Assembly: GCF_036971445.1 (NCBI RefSeq)
Contig: NC_091471.1
Location: 240,932,001-240,996,000 of the forward strand
Direction: 5' to 3'
Source: Narcine bancroftii
Taxonomy: Eukaryota
DNA: 64,000 nt
Part shown: one piece after another, positions 12,501 through 23,520 of the stretch
Layout: each line of letters opens with the position of its first letter
How positions within the stretch are numbered: the first letter of the stretch is position 1
The notes under the pieces: model-generated
Seen by the model: the letters and a program-made list of their open reading frames with translations, nothing else
Told to the model about the DNA's origin: nothing
Database searches by the model: none
Program-made: the position numbers and the translations under genes

Positions 12501-15500
12501 AATTCAGGAGTCTGATGGCTTGGGAGAAAAAACTGTTGTCCAATCTGGAAGAAAGGGGCCGAGTGCTACTGTACCTCCTACCAGATGGCAGAAGGGAGAA
12601 CAGTTTACATGCGGGATGTGTGGAGTCTTTCACAATGTTTATTGCTTTCTGTGAGTATCAAGTGTCGCAGATGTCCGTCGTGGTAGGAAGTGAGCCCCCA
12701 ATGATCTCTTCCGCTGACTTCACCATCCTCTTCCTAACCAGGTGGTGATGCAATTGCTCGGAATGCTCTTGATCCATCCTCTGTTGAATGTGGTGAGGAT
12801 GGAAGGTGGGAGATGAACTTTCCTCAGCCTTTTCAGGAAGTAGAAGCATTTCTGGGTTTTTTGGGTATGGAGTTGGAGTTAAGGGACAAGGTGAGATTCT
12901 CCGCCAAGTGCACATCTAGGAACTTTATACTCTTGACAACCTCAACGGAAGAGTCATCAATGGTCAGTGGAGAGTTATTTCCCCTCCCACCCCCCCCACA
13001 CTCCCCTCAATCCCTCCTGTAATATTAGATCTATTTTATTACATGACAACAAAAGAAGCCCAAAGGCAGGGCGAGATGGAAGTTTCCAGTGACAGCAATC
13101 AGGTGCTCCCATTATGGCTTCCTGTAAGTTGGGGAGACTGGACACAGACTGGAAGATCATTTCGTTGAGCACCTTTGTTTTGACTGTTCTAATTGTGGGG
13201 ATCGCCCACTGGCAACTCATTTCAATTTCCTGCCCCACCACCATGCCGACATGTCTGTCCCTACGCTACCCAAGTGAGACCATCCACAAATTGGAGGAAT
13301 AACACCTCATAATTCATCTGGGCACCTTCCAACCAGATGGCATTAACATCAAATTCTTCAGTTTCCATTAGACAACCCCTCCCCCAGTTCCTCATCCCAA
13401 TGTCTCCTTTCCTCCAGTTCCTCATCCCTTCTCTATCTCATAGAAACATAGAAGATAGGAGCAGGAGTAGGTCATTCGACCCTTCGAGCCTGCTCCGCCA
13501 TTCAACGAGATCATGGCTGATCTTAAAGTTCAGTATCCCGTCCCCGCCTTCTCTCCGTAACCTTTAATACCCTTATACTGAAGAAATATATCTAATTCCC
13601 TCTTAAATATATTTAATGAACCTGCCTCTACTGTCCTCTGTGGCAATGAATTCCACAGATTCACCACCCTCTGGGTAAAGAAATTTCTCCTCATCTCGGT
13701 CCTAAATGGTTTGCCTATTATCCTCAAACCATGGCCCCGGGTTCTGGATTTTCCCATCCTTGGAAACATCCCTTCCACATCCATTCTGTCCAGTCCTGCC
13801 AAAATTTTATATGTCTCTATGAGATCCCCTCTCAATCTTCTAAACTCCAGCGGGTACAATCCCAATTTGCGCAATCTTTCCTCATAAGTCATTCCTGCCA
13901 TTCCAGGTATCAGCCTGGTGAATCGCCTCTGCACTCCCTCCATTGCAAGAACATCCTTCCTTAGATCAGGTGACCAAAACTGCACACAATACCCCAGGTG
14001 TGGTCTCACCAAGGCCCTGTACAGCTGCAGTAAGGTATCCTTGTTCCTCTACTCAAACCCTCTTGATATGAAGGCCAACATACCATTTGTCTTTTTAACC
14101 GCCTGCTGTTCCTGCATGCTCGCCTTCAGAGACTGGTGTACAAGTACCCCTAGTTCTCTCTGCACTTCTCCATCTCTTAATCTATTGCCATTCGAATAGT
14201 AATCTGCCCTCCAGTTTGTATTACCAAAGTGGATAACCTCACATTTATCCACATTGTAGTGCATTTGCCATGGATCTGCCCTGTCCCTCAATTTATCCAA
14301 ATCACACTGGAGCTTCCTGACCCCCTCTTCCGTGCACACAACCCCTCCTAGCTTAGTGTCATCTGCAAATTTGGAGCTATTACATCCAATCCCCTCATCC
14401 AGATCATTAATGTAAATTGTGAACAGCTGGGGTCCCAGTACAGATCCCTGTGGTACCCCACTGGTCACCGCCTGCCACTCAGAAAATGAGCCATTTATCC
14501 CAATTCTCTGTCTTCTACCTGCCAGCCAGTTCTCAATCCACATCAATACTTTGCCCCCAATCCCATGAGCCTTGATTCTGGAAGCCAGTCGTTTTTGCGG
14601 GACCTTATCGAAGGCCTTTTGGAAGTCCAGGTACACCACATCCACTGGCTCTTCCCCATCTATTTTACCTGTCACCATCTCAAAGAATTCCAATAGATTT
14701 GTCAAGCACGATTTACCTTTTGTAAATCCATGCTGACTCCGTCCGATCCCTTCTCTGCTAGTCATATGCTCCGCTATTACATCCTTAATAATGGATTCCA
14801 TCATTTTACCCACTATTGCTGTAAGGCTACCCCCCTTTTTAAATAGTGGGGTAACATTAGCTACCCTCCAATCCATGGGTACTGATCCTGAGTCTATCGA
14901 GTTCTGGAAAATAATTCTTAAAGCATCTGCTATCTGAATGGCCACTTCCTTAAGTACCCTAGGATGTAGATTATCAGGCCCTTGGGATTTATCTGCCTTC
15001 AATCCCATCAATTTCCCCAAGACCATGTCCTTAGAGATACTGATTTCTTTCAGTTCCTCCCTTGCATTAGTCTCTATGTTTCCCAACATCCTTGGGAGGT
15101 TATTTGTATCCTCTCTTGTAAAAACAGAACTAAAGTAAGAATTTAATTGGTCTGCCATTTCCTTATTCCCCATTATATATTCCCCTGATTCCAACTGCAA
15201 AGGACCTAACTCTTTCCCTATCCCTCTGTCTCCTTTTATCCAGGTCTGCATTCACAGAGCTACTCCCTTTTCCCAATCAATTATTTTCTTTTCTCTCCTG
15301 CCCATGTTCTTGCCTGTGCTCCTCCCCCATCTTTTTAATTCAGGTGCCTGTCTGGTTTTTTCTCCCCTCATACCTTAACCAAGGGCTCAGGCCCGAAACG
15401 TTGCCTGCTGAGTTTCTCCAGCACTGTAAAATTTCAGCAATAATCCTTTTGGAAAGCAAATACAATAACAGGCACAATGGCCCATTTTATTTGATGCTTC

Positions 15501-18500
15501 ACAAGTAACAAAGCAGATCCCCAAAACAAATCCTACTCTTCAGATAATAGTTTCTGCTGATACCAGATATACAGTATCTGTTTGGAGCTCCTCCTGTTGG
15601 GTTTTTTTTTGTGGGTTTAATAGATAAGATACACAATGCTGGAGAAACTCAGCAGGTCAGCAAAAATAAAGATACATTACCAACATTTCTGGCTTGAGCC
15701 CTTCATCATGGTGTGGTAAAAATGAATTTAGTAGGTGATCAGCTCACAGAGTACACTGAAAACCACAATTCTTCTTCAGTTTAGAGAGAACCACAAGGGA
15801 AGCTACATCAATAGTTTTGGGGAAAACATATTCACCATCAAGTCTGGGTCATCATCGTCCACATCATCATCACTGTCTTCTTCATCGAGGTCCTTCATGC
15901 ACAGAGCAGCCATTCTTTCAATAGTTTCCATTGGGAGGGGCTCTGCAGAAACAAAAGTCCACCTGTTTTAATTGATCTGTCACTCAGCACTCGAGCAGCT
16001 TGCGGAGAATGTAGTTTCAAGTTGAAACAGGAAAAGAGAGGATGTCCATTGCTCCTCCCCGCTATCCACCCCCTCCTCCTCCCTCCCCTACCATCCCACC
16101 TCCCCACATAGCTCCAGAAAAAGAATCTCCGGGTTGTTTGAGATGTCATGTATGTATTCTGATAACAAATCTAAATCACCCATTCAGCACCAAGAAAAGA
16201 AGAAATACGGTGGCAATTCTCTGAGTTGTAAATTTCATATCCTACCTTTTCCCTTTGGATTTCCTTTTCTAGCTGGCTTTTGTCTGGTTATTAATGCCAG
16301 TTCTGCTTCTAAATCGGAATCATTTTCATTGTCATTCACATCCATCAACATGCCTTCTGGTGAGAAGTCAACCAGCAAGCCAAGCTGTGAAAACACACTT
16401 ACTATGAACTTGATGATCGATAATCAGTGAGGGAATGCACTCTCAGAAAAATGACAGTTATAATTGGGCTTATTTATTGCATTGCTTTGCAATGTTCATG
16501 ATCTCACTGGAGACAAACACTTAAAAAAAAACAGAAACCATTCGACATAAAACACAAAACTCTGCAGACAACGTGGTTGAAGTATGAACACGACGCTGAA
16601 GAAACACAGCAGGTCAGACAGTGTACTTTATATAGCAAATATAAAGATACATAACCAATATGTTGAAGCCCAAATCTTTGGTACATAGTATTTGGTACAT
16701 TGTTTGACCTGCTGAGTTTCTCCAGCATTGAGTTGTTACAGAAATCATTTGATGTTGGTTGACAAGTGCGGACAAAGCTTGCACTCAAAAAGAAAAATTA
16801 AAAATTGAGAAAAATCTTCAGACAACTCCACCTCCCAGAGGTAGTTAACTTTTACTGGTCTCTCTCAGTTCTTCAAGGTCAGTACAAAGTTCAAACCACA
16901 GTGCAGTTATAAAGCAGACATTAATGTAGAGACCAACAACATAGATTATTCATTTTAAAAGAGCTCTCTTTTATTGACCCTGACTTCCCAAATGCTGCCA
17001 GGATATCCATTACACAAGTGGCAAAACAGCCTCCAGTAATAATGATCACTTAAATCAATGAATCTCACCCACATTTTTTCCAATCACATACCACCTTAAG
17101 TAATGCCTTACTAACCACAGAGCACAATGGCATACGATGCCATAGTCGCTGTGTGGTTAGTATGGAATTACTTAAAATGGCATGGGAGCATAAAAAAAGG
17201 TTGAGAATCGATGCCACGGTCCCATCACATCCCAGCTGCTCTCTGCTGATGCAATACTTGATGCTCTTTGTCAACTTGTCACCGTCAGTTTAAGAGATTA
17301 GTTGGACTGGCTAAATTAATGCAAACTAGTGATGCACAATGTTTCTCCCCATAACTTAGGTCACAGATGTACTGCCAAGCATTATTTAAATGGGTAACAT
17401 TATTAACATGCCATATTCAGGTTCCATCGCACACATTGGAAATATACACTAATGTCAGCCAGATCAGACAGGAAATGACCCGACCACAAAATAAAACAAA
17501 CACAGCTGCAGGAACTCAACGGGTCAGACAGCATCCACAGAGGGAAATGGATATACATGCTTCCAATCAAAACACTGTTTCAGGATCTGCCATTAACAAA
17601 GAAATTTTTAAAAAACATAAAAAAACAACCATCCTTTAGTTGAATTTTATTAATTATGTATGTATCCCCCAAAAAATATCAGAATCAAAGAGACTCTGCT
17701 AAAGCACACATTTTTGTGGCTTATGAAGCCCTTTTCTTTTTAAAATATTTCTATTGGTATTTAATATATAAACAATTGAACTATATAATTACACAATAGG
17801 TAATACATTTAAAAATATAGGATTTCAAATATGAACATAATTTAAAGATCCAATGCATGAAGCCCTTTCAAATTACTTAGCATAGTATTTTGATCAGTTG
17901 GACAAAGGTATACTGTTAACAAGTTGCTTAATTCTTCCCAAGTCATGGATCACATAAGAATAGTGGCATCCTTTAGAATTTGTAGAAGTCTATTCCATTT
18001 TTCCTATCCAGGATTATTATACTATTATAAAAGTTTCAAATAAATGATAATCATGCATATTAATGAGTACTGTCATGAAACAATTTCTGATCTCAGATGT
18101 GCAGCTGAAATCTCTCCAGAGCAACATTCTGAAATATACATACGTAGATTTCATCCTCAAAACAGCCCTCTTCATCCTCCCCATGGACTCCATGAGATAT
18201 ATCAGCATTCATCTTCACCCTCCCCGTCAAGACAGCAATCCTCTCCTTGTCAAACTTAGTTTCCACGCTGGCATATTGCATTCCCATTGTTTACTTGATC
18301 CATCGCCCTCTTTACAACTTAAAAAATCCTCAGTTTCTCACTTTCCCCATTCTGATTTTCAACGCCGTGAGACAGTTTAGTTTCTACACTGTAAGAGGGA
18401 AGATTTCAATCAATCAAAATACTTTTTTAATACTCAAGTTTCTTTCAGAAAATATTTCAATTTCCAATTGTGCCCACTATTCTCTTTCTTCTTTGGCTTG

Positions 18501-20733
18501 GCTTCGCGGACGAAGATTTATGGAGGGGGTAAAAAGTCCACGTCAGCTGCAGGCTCGTTTGTGGCTGACAAGTCCGATGCGGGACAGGCAGACACGATTG
18601 CAGCGGTTGCAAGGGAAAATTGGTTGGTTGGGGTTGGGTGTTGGGTTTTTCCTCCTTTGCCTTTTGTCAGTGAGGTGGGCTCTGCGGTCTTCTTCAAAGG
18701 AGGTTGCTGCCCGCCAAACTGTGAGGCGCCAAGATGCACGGTTTGAGGCGTTATCAGCCCACTGGCGGTGGTCAATGTGGCAGGCACCAAGAGATTTCTT
18801 TAGGCAGTCCTTGTACCTTTTCTTTGGTGCACCTCTGTCACGGTGGCCAGTGGAGAGCTCGCCATATAACACGATCTTGGGAAGGCGATGGTCCTCCATT
18901 CTGGAGACGTGACCCATCCAGCGCAGCTGGATCTTCAGCAGCGTGGACTCGATGCTGTCGACCTCTGCTATCTCGAGTACTTCGACGTTAGGGGTGTAAG
19001 CGCTCCAATGGATGTTGAGGATGGAGCGGAGACAACGCTGGTGGAAGCGTTCTAGGAGCCGTAGGTGGTGCCGGTAGATGACCCATGATTCGGAGCCGAA
19101 CAGGAGTGTGGGTATGACAACGGCTCTGTATACGCTTATCTTTGTGAGGTTTTTCAGTTGGTTGTTTTTCCAGACTCTTTTGTGTAGTCTTCCAAAGGCG
19201 CTATTTGCCTTGGCGAGTCTGTTGTCAATCTCATTGTCGATCCTTGCATCTGATGAAATGGTGCAGCCGAGATAGGTAAACTGGTTGACCGTTTTGAGTT
19301 TTGTGTGCCCGATGGAGATGTGGGGGGGCTGGTAGTCATGGTGGGGAGCTGGCTGATGGAGGACCTCAGTTTTCTTCAGGCTGACTTCCAGGCCAAACAT
19401 TTTGGCAGTTTCCGCAAAGCAGGACGTCAAGCGCTGAAGAGCTGGCTCTGAATGGGCAACTAAAGCGGCATCATCTGCAAAGAGTAGTTCACGGACAAGT
19501 TTCTCTTGTGTCTTGGTGTGAGCTTGCAGGCGCCTCAGATTGAAGAGACTGCCATCCGTGCGGTACCGGATGTAAACAGCGTCTTCATTGTTGGGGTCTT
19601 TCATGGCTTGGTTCAGCATCATGCTGAAGAAGATTGAAAAGAGGGATGGTGCGAGAACACAGCCTTGCTTCACGCCATTGTTAATGGAGAAGGGTTCAGA
19701 GAGCTCATTGCTGTATCTGACCCGACCTTGTTGGTTACTCACTTAGTAACTGGCAGAATCCCAATAAGCTTGTTGGTGACTGATGTGGCAAACCTCCATA
19801 GCTGAAAGTGCATTGGCCACATACAATCAGAGACTGAAAGGACTGTAAAAGCAACTGTGTTCTCTCCAGAATGCAGACCCTCAACACATTACAGAATGTT
19901 ACAGCAGGATTTTCTAGACTGTGCCAAACCATTTTTCTGTCTCGTCCCACTGACCTGCTCCCAGTCCATAGCCCTCCATAACTCTCCCATCCACGTAGCT
20001 GTCAAATTCTAAATTGTTAAAATTGAGCCCGCATTTAACACTTCAGCTAACAGGTCATTCCACACTCCCACCATGCTGTGGTGACGAAGTTCCCCCTTAA
20101 CTTTACCCCTTTCACCCTTAACCTGCATCCTCTGGTTTGTATCTCAGTTACCCTCAGTTTAAAAAAAAGCCTTCTTTATCTAACAGATATGATAATAGGA
20201 TATTCCAAAGGAGGACATGGTCAGAGGCTACTATACACACATTACACATATAGTGTGCTTGCAGTTTGTTGGTTTTTTGGCAATATCGTTTAAATCTTAT
20301 AAAAAGTATATATGTTTAAAACACACTGTATATATGGTAACCTTTGACTATGTCCTACTTTGCAATGGCCACCCTACTATCTATACACCTCAGAATTTTG
20401 TATACCTCTACCAAATCTCCCCTCATTCTTCTACGCTCCATAAAATAAAGTTTTAACCTATTTAACCCGCTCTGTAATGACTGCTATGATCAATATTTTT
20501 GATGGCGTTTACTTTTAGATACTTCTGATGCTCCGGAGAGCAGTGGGATCAATTAATAATTCTAAAGTGGTCGTCTGTATTTGTGAATAGCTGTTTGAAG
20601 TTTGCTGCATTGTATAAACTCTCAAGAGAACTATGAAGCAGCAGCCTCCATCCTACCTGCGTCCACCTGGCCTTACCTGTCTGGCCTTCGCCGCTCCCCG
20701 GCCCTTGGGCTCTGCTCTTCTGTTCCTGTTCAT
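468..20733 (-). CDS. cc2d1a: Coiled-coil and C2 domain-containing protein 1A (Freud-1/Lgd family); 5' ten coding exons, gene continues beyond the left edge
   Basis: Ten GT-AG exons join in frame: 20677-20733, 16246-16384, 15836-15942, 10765-10857, 7599-7730, 6991-7303, 6328-6452, 4969-5041, 4663-4761, 468-598. Peptides GRGAAKARQ-LGLLVDFSPEG, PLPMETIERMAALCMKD and the DM14 segments MRRYERGLKTL, RQKEYKLAALQAK and RKARMHERIVK resemble CC2D1A more than CC2D1B. Neighbours brme1 and nanos also fit 1A. Confidence 0.93.
869..1085. mobile_element. Tc1/mariner (pogo/Tigger-like) MITE
   Basis: TA|CAGTAAAACCCCTG ... CAGGGGTTTTATCG|TA. Confidence 0.75.
2880..3625 (+). mobile_element. Rex1/Babar-like LINE 3' fragment
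   Basis: SKTKELITNFRK, ESILIGCITVWYG, IIKDPHH...FSLLPSGR.YRSLKT; catgacaataaa tail. Confidence 0.8.
3835..4064 (-). mobile_element. Short 3' fragment of the same RTE family with 10-bp TSD
   Basis: Nearly identical to 18480-18710; AAATTACTCT at 3825-3834 and 4065-4074. Confidence 0.88.
4663..4761 (-). CDS. cc2d1a: cc2d1a coding exon 9 (Pro/Ser-rich linker)
   Basis: ttttcctag acceptor, CAG|gtaggt donor, 99 nt, phase 1 to 1, open frame. Confidence 0.8.
4969..5041 (-). CDS. cc2d1a: cc2d1a coding exon 8 (KFDPILEALDRGETVNLSDLPPP)
   Basis: ctag acceptor, G|gtatgc donor, 73 nt; completes DM14 repeat 2. Confidence 0.9.
6328..6452 (-). CDS. cc2d1a: cc2d1a coding exon 7, DM14 repeat 2 (RQKEYKLAALQAKRNGDTEIAIKYYQISK)
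   Basis: tttag acceptor, AAG|gtgagg donor, 125 nt, phase 1 to 0. Confidence 0.9.
6991..7303 (-). CDS. cc2d1a: cc2d1a coding exon 6 (TLQTMLTSVKKGKQINEEDIPPAVAFGK plus Pro-rich linker)
   Basis: aag acceptor, G|gtaggt donor, 313 nt; in frame with track ORF 6911..7291. Confidence 0.88.
7599..7730 (-). CDS. cc2d1a: cc2d1a coding exon 5, DM14 repeat 1 (LTERIEMYRCAIDNAKRSGESSKMRRYERGLK)
   Basis: ttcag acceptor, AAG|gttgtt donor, 132 nt. Confidence 0.9.
9458..10051 (+). mobile_element. Internally deleted DNA transposon, probably Chapaev3 (CMC superfamily)
   Basis: Imperfect TIRs CACTGGACA..TTTGCTTCTTGAA and TTCAGGAAGCAAA..TGTCCAGCG; CAA duplicated at 9455-9457 and 10052-10054; transposase remnants SLKILFLHSHLDVFPADLG and, after a frameshift, RYQGNWNPSMLVDYCWTL. 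Confidence 0.75.
10765..10857 (-). CDS. cc2d1a: cc2d1a coding exon 4 (AELNEVLEDD...)
   Basis: ttttctag acceptor, CAG|gtagat donor, 93 nt; conserved AELNEVL motif. Confidence 0.87.
12480..12980 (-). mobile_element. Rex1/Babar-like LINE fragment
   Basis: RMVKSAEEIIGGSLP and the LLPSGRRY-type segment on the minus strand. Confidence 0.7.
13060..13438 (+). mobile_element. Penelope-like element remnant (GIY-YIG C-terminus), interrupted by the CR1; resumes at 15210-15430
   Basis: KLEE.HLI..LGTFQPDGINI segment and pyrimidine tract; ..gggctcaggcccgaaacg.. terminal motif near 15385. Similar remnants at 10260-10530 and 21480-22150. Confidence 0.65.
13439..15209 (-). mobile_element. CR1-clade LINE, 5'-truncated ORF2 (reverse transcriptase) with microsatellite tail
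   Basis: ORFs 14049..15251 and 13530..14012 share a frame, split by one stop. Motifs QHGF, YLDFQKAFDKV, GVPQGSVLGP, FADD, VRPHLGYCVQFWSP; (TTCTATG)-type tail at 13439-13453. Confidence 0.93.
15836..15942 (-). CDS. cc2d1a: cc2d1a coding exon 3 (PLPMETIERMAALCMKDLDEEDSDDDVDDDDPDLM)
   Basis: tgcag acceptor, ATG|gtgaat donor, 107 nt, phase 1 to 0. Confidence 0.9.
16246..16384 (-). CDS. cc2d1a: cc2d1a coding exon 2 (LGLLVDFSPEGMLMD...DLEAELAL...KGK)
   Basis: cag acceptor, G|gtagga donor, 139 nt, phase 0 to 1. Confidence 0.9.
17735..17856 (-). mobile_element. Short A-tailed retroposed fragment with 12-bp TSD
   Basis: ATGAAGCCCTTT at 17723-17734 and 17857-17868 flanks an AT-rich insert starting with a T tract. 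Confidence 0.65.
18480..19737 (-). mobile_element. RTE-clade LINE, 5'-truncated, uninterrupted C-terminal RT ORF
   Basis: ORF 18543..19742 with GVKQGCVLAP, ELLFADD, FTYLG, RWMGHV and a terminal CxxC...H...C; short GAA-rich tail. Confidence 0.92.
20677..20733 (-). CDS. cc2d1a: cc2d1a coding exon 1 (MNRNRRAEPKGRGAAKARQ)
   Basis: ATG at 20733 in gcaATG context; CAG|gtaagg donor; lies at the edge of the CpG island. Confidence 0.88.
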
Positions 20734-21460
20734 TGCCTCTCAATCCTTCATAACTGAGGGAAGAATCACGTCGAACACTCGATTCCTTCCCCCACTTAGG
20801 CGGAGGCGCCAAAATCAGAAGGCATCTCGATTATAATCGGATTATTCCAGGACCGAGGGGCCTCAGGCAGGCGAGGGGATCAGAAAGCTTGTTGACGACT
20901 ACCTCCTCTCCCGCTTCCGCCTTGCAACGCCTGCCGGGGACGGCTCTGCCCAAACCGTCGCAAAGAGGCGCCCGCACTGTCGTGAAACAACTCCACCTTT
21001 GGCACAGGAATGGAGTGGGGAAGAGGCATGTTGGAGCATCTGCCCATGGATAGGGAGGCGAGAGTGAGCTCTGCGTGGTCTTAGATGCAGGACCCAGTGG
21101 CTCCTGGGCATCAGGAAGGGTGGGAGCGCCATATCCAGGGCGAACGGCCGGAAAGGGCGCTTCCGCCGTGCACGCCGGGAGTTGGAGTTTGGAGAGGACG
21201 GCCTCAACGGCAGTGGACGGCGTGGCGAGGCGCAGGCGCAGTGGAAGCGGGCGGGAAGAAGTCGTCGAAGCACCGACTCCTTGACGCCTGCGTCTCGCCT
21301 CGCCGTCCTCTCCGATCTACAGGGGTGTTTCAGCCAGGTAGTATGTCTCCTGAAACGCCATTCAAATGGTGTTGTAGAGAGAAGAATTGAAGAGAAATAC
21401 GGACTAATTGGAGCTGAGCTTGACGGATTCAGGCCGCCAGAACAGGAGCAGTGACCGGCG
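20680..21460. promoter_or_regulatory. CpG island / bidirectional promoter between cc2d1a and brme1
   Basis: GC- and CpG-rich stretch in an otherwise AT-rich, CpG-poor window, between divergent genes. Motifs: GCGCAGGCGCA (NRF1-like, 21230-21240), GGCGGGAA (E2F/E2F6-like, 21250-21257), CAACGG (MYB-like, 21205-21210). Possible non-coding brme1 exon 1 donor CAG|gtagta at 21337/21338. Confidence 0.8.
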
Positions 21461-22589
21461 CTACTCTAAGGCAGAAGGTCTGCAGACACCATGATTGATG
21501 TAAAAACACAATGCTGGAGCTACTCAGATCGTCGAACACTGGACTTGATAGACACACCTCCTCCTCACCACCATTCAGGGCCACAAAGAGTCCTTCCAAA
21601 TGAAGCAACTCTTGTGACACCGCTGTGGCCTTCTCTACCCTGGAGAGACTGGGGGAGATCTCTTTGCTGAGCCCGCACACATTGGCCAGCCGTTTCAATT
21701 CTGCATCCCACTCACATGTCTGTCCATAATTGGAGGAATAACACCAAATTTTTCATCTGGGCACTCTCCAGCCAGAAAGCATTAACATTTACTTCTCGGG
21801 TTTCTGCTAACGCACTCCACGTTCACCCTCCCCTTTCCCCCTGTCACCTTTCCTCCAGCTCTCCATCCCCTTCCCTCTCCATTTACAAAACCTTCCCCCT
21901 GTTTACTCTTGTGCCTTCCCTCCCTTATCCATTGACCCATTACCTCTTGCCTGTGGGACTGTGCTCCTCTTCCTGCTCTCACTTCTTCTCCCCGCCACCA
22001 CCATTTTATTCAGGTACCTCTCTACATTTGGCTCATACCTTGAAGAAGGGCTTGGGTCAAAACATTGGTTATTTATCTATCTTTGCTACATGACGATGAG
22101 TTTCTCTTTTGTGTGAATTACAATCACAGCATCTGCAGACTTTCTTATTTGACTCCCAAAGTGTTGTGTCATTTTGATGTTGGGCCATTAGTTTCATATT
22201 TGCAACTTAAATTTGCATTCTTGTTTTTCATGCGCTGACTGACCAGATGCCTCAAAGCTTGTGAAATCCTGCTATTTGCCCTTTTGGCTTCACACTTGCA
22301 CCTTTAAAATAGTGGGATTTTGCAGTAATTTCACTTGATGTTCATGTAAAAATTGCTGAGATCTTATATTCATGTTGATGCTGCACAAATACAATTCTGA
22401 CAGAAGGACTTCAACATGAAACATTCATACTGTTTTGTTTTCCTTAGATGCTACAGATCTATTGACTATTTCAAATAATATCTTCTTTTATGATGTTTCA
22501 TTGGCTTTGTTCACAAATATTGATTTATTACGATCATTTCTCAAATGTAGTGGAGAAGTTGTCCTCACTGATACTCAGCGCCCCTCTCT

Positions 22590-23520
22590 GTAACTGGATT
22601 CTGGACTTCCTAACGGAAATACCGCAGTCTGTTCCATGACTGCATCGACAGGTTCAGGTCCAACAGTGTCATTATATTTACAGATGAAACAACAGTAGTT
22701 GGCCTTGTTAGCAACAGTGATGTCGCACACTACAGAGCAGAGGTGGAAAATCTCATGATATATGGTGTGAGAGAGTAACAACCTGAGTTTCAACATGGAC
22801 AAGGTGAAAGAGATGATTGTGGACTTCAGGAGGTCGAGGAATGACCATGCCCCATTATAAATCAATAGCTGCAATGGAGGGAGTAGAGATCACCAAGTTC
22901 CTTGGAGACCATGTAACTAATGATCTATTGTGGACACACATCTCCTCACTTGTCACGAAGGCACAACAGCGACTGCACTTCCTGAGAAGACTGAAATGGG
23001 CAAAACTACCAATTGCCATCGTGTCATCCTTCCACAGGAGCTCTATCGAAAGCATCTTGGCCAGCCGTATCACAGTGTGGTATGGTTGTTGCAGAGAAAT
23101 GGATCAGAGATCTAACCACAGGACCATAAGAGTGGTAGCCTTCCCAACCCTCCCCCACTGACATGATCTACCAGGATCGTTGTTTGAAGAGGGCGCGCAA
23201 AATGGTTGAGAACCCCTTCCACCCTGCACACAGCATCTTTCAGCTGCTCCTGTCGGTAAAGAGATCCAGGAGGATCAGAGCCAACACCATCAGACTGAGG
23301 AACAGCTTCTTCCCACGGGCAGTGAGACTGCTGAGCGACCAAAGGAACTTCTCATATTAACTATCCAAGACTCTCATTCTCAGAACAATATTTACTTATT
23401 TATTTCTGTGGCAATGTGAATACTTTCCCTGCATATTGTTTGTCTGTATGTGTGTTATGCCTAGTTGTGTGTCTGTGTTTTCCACCGAGGACAGGAGAAT
23501 GATGTTTTGTCATGTTCTAC
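22590..23520 (+). mobile_element. Rex1/Babar-like LINE fragment
   Basis: KAQQRLHFLRRLK...IESILAS.ITVWYG and HPAHSIFQLL...RLRNSFFPRAVRLL. Confidence 0.82.

Noticed and set aside
18247-18912. Plus-strand ORFs 18247..18912 and 3562..4185 sharing a peptide
   Set aside because: The shared peptide is the antisense translation of the RTE 3' end.
468-20733. Assignment as cc2d1b
   Set aside because: LGLLVDFSP and MAALCMKD match the 1A type as recalled, and brme1/nanos3 are CC2D1A neighbours.
20899-21454. Overlapping Arg/Pro-rich ORFs in the CpG island
   Set aside because: Stop-poor GC-rich sequence with no recognisable protein motif.
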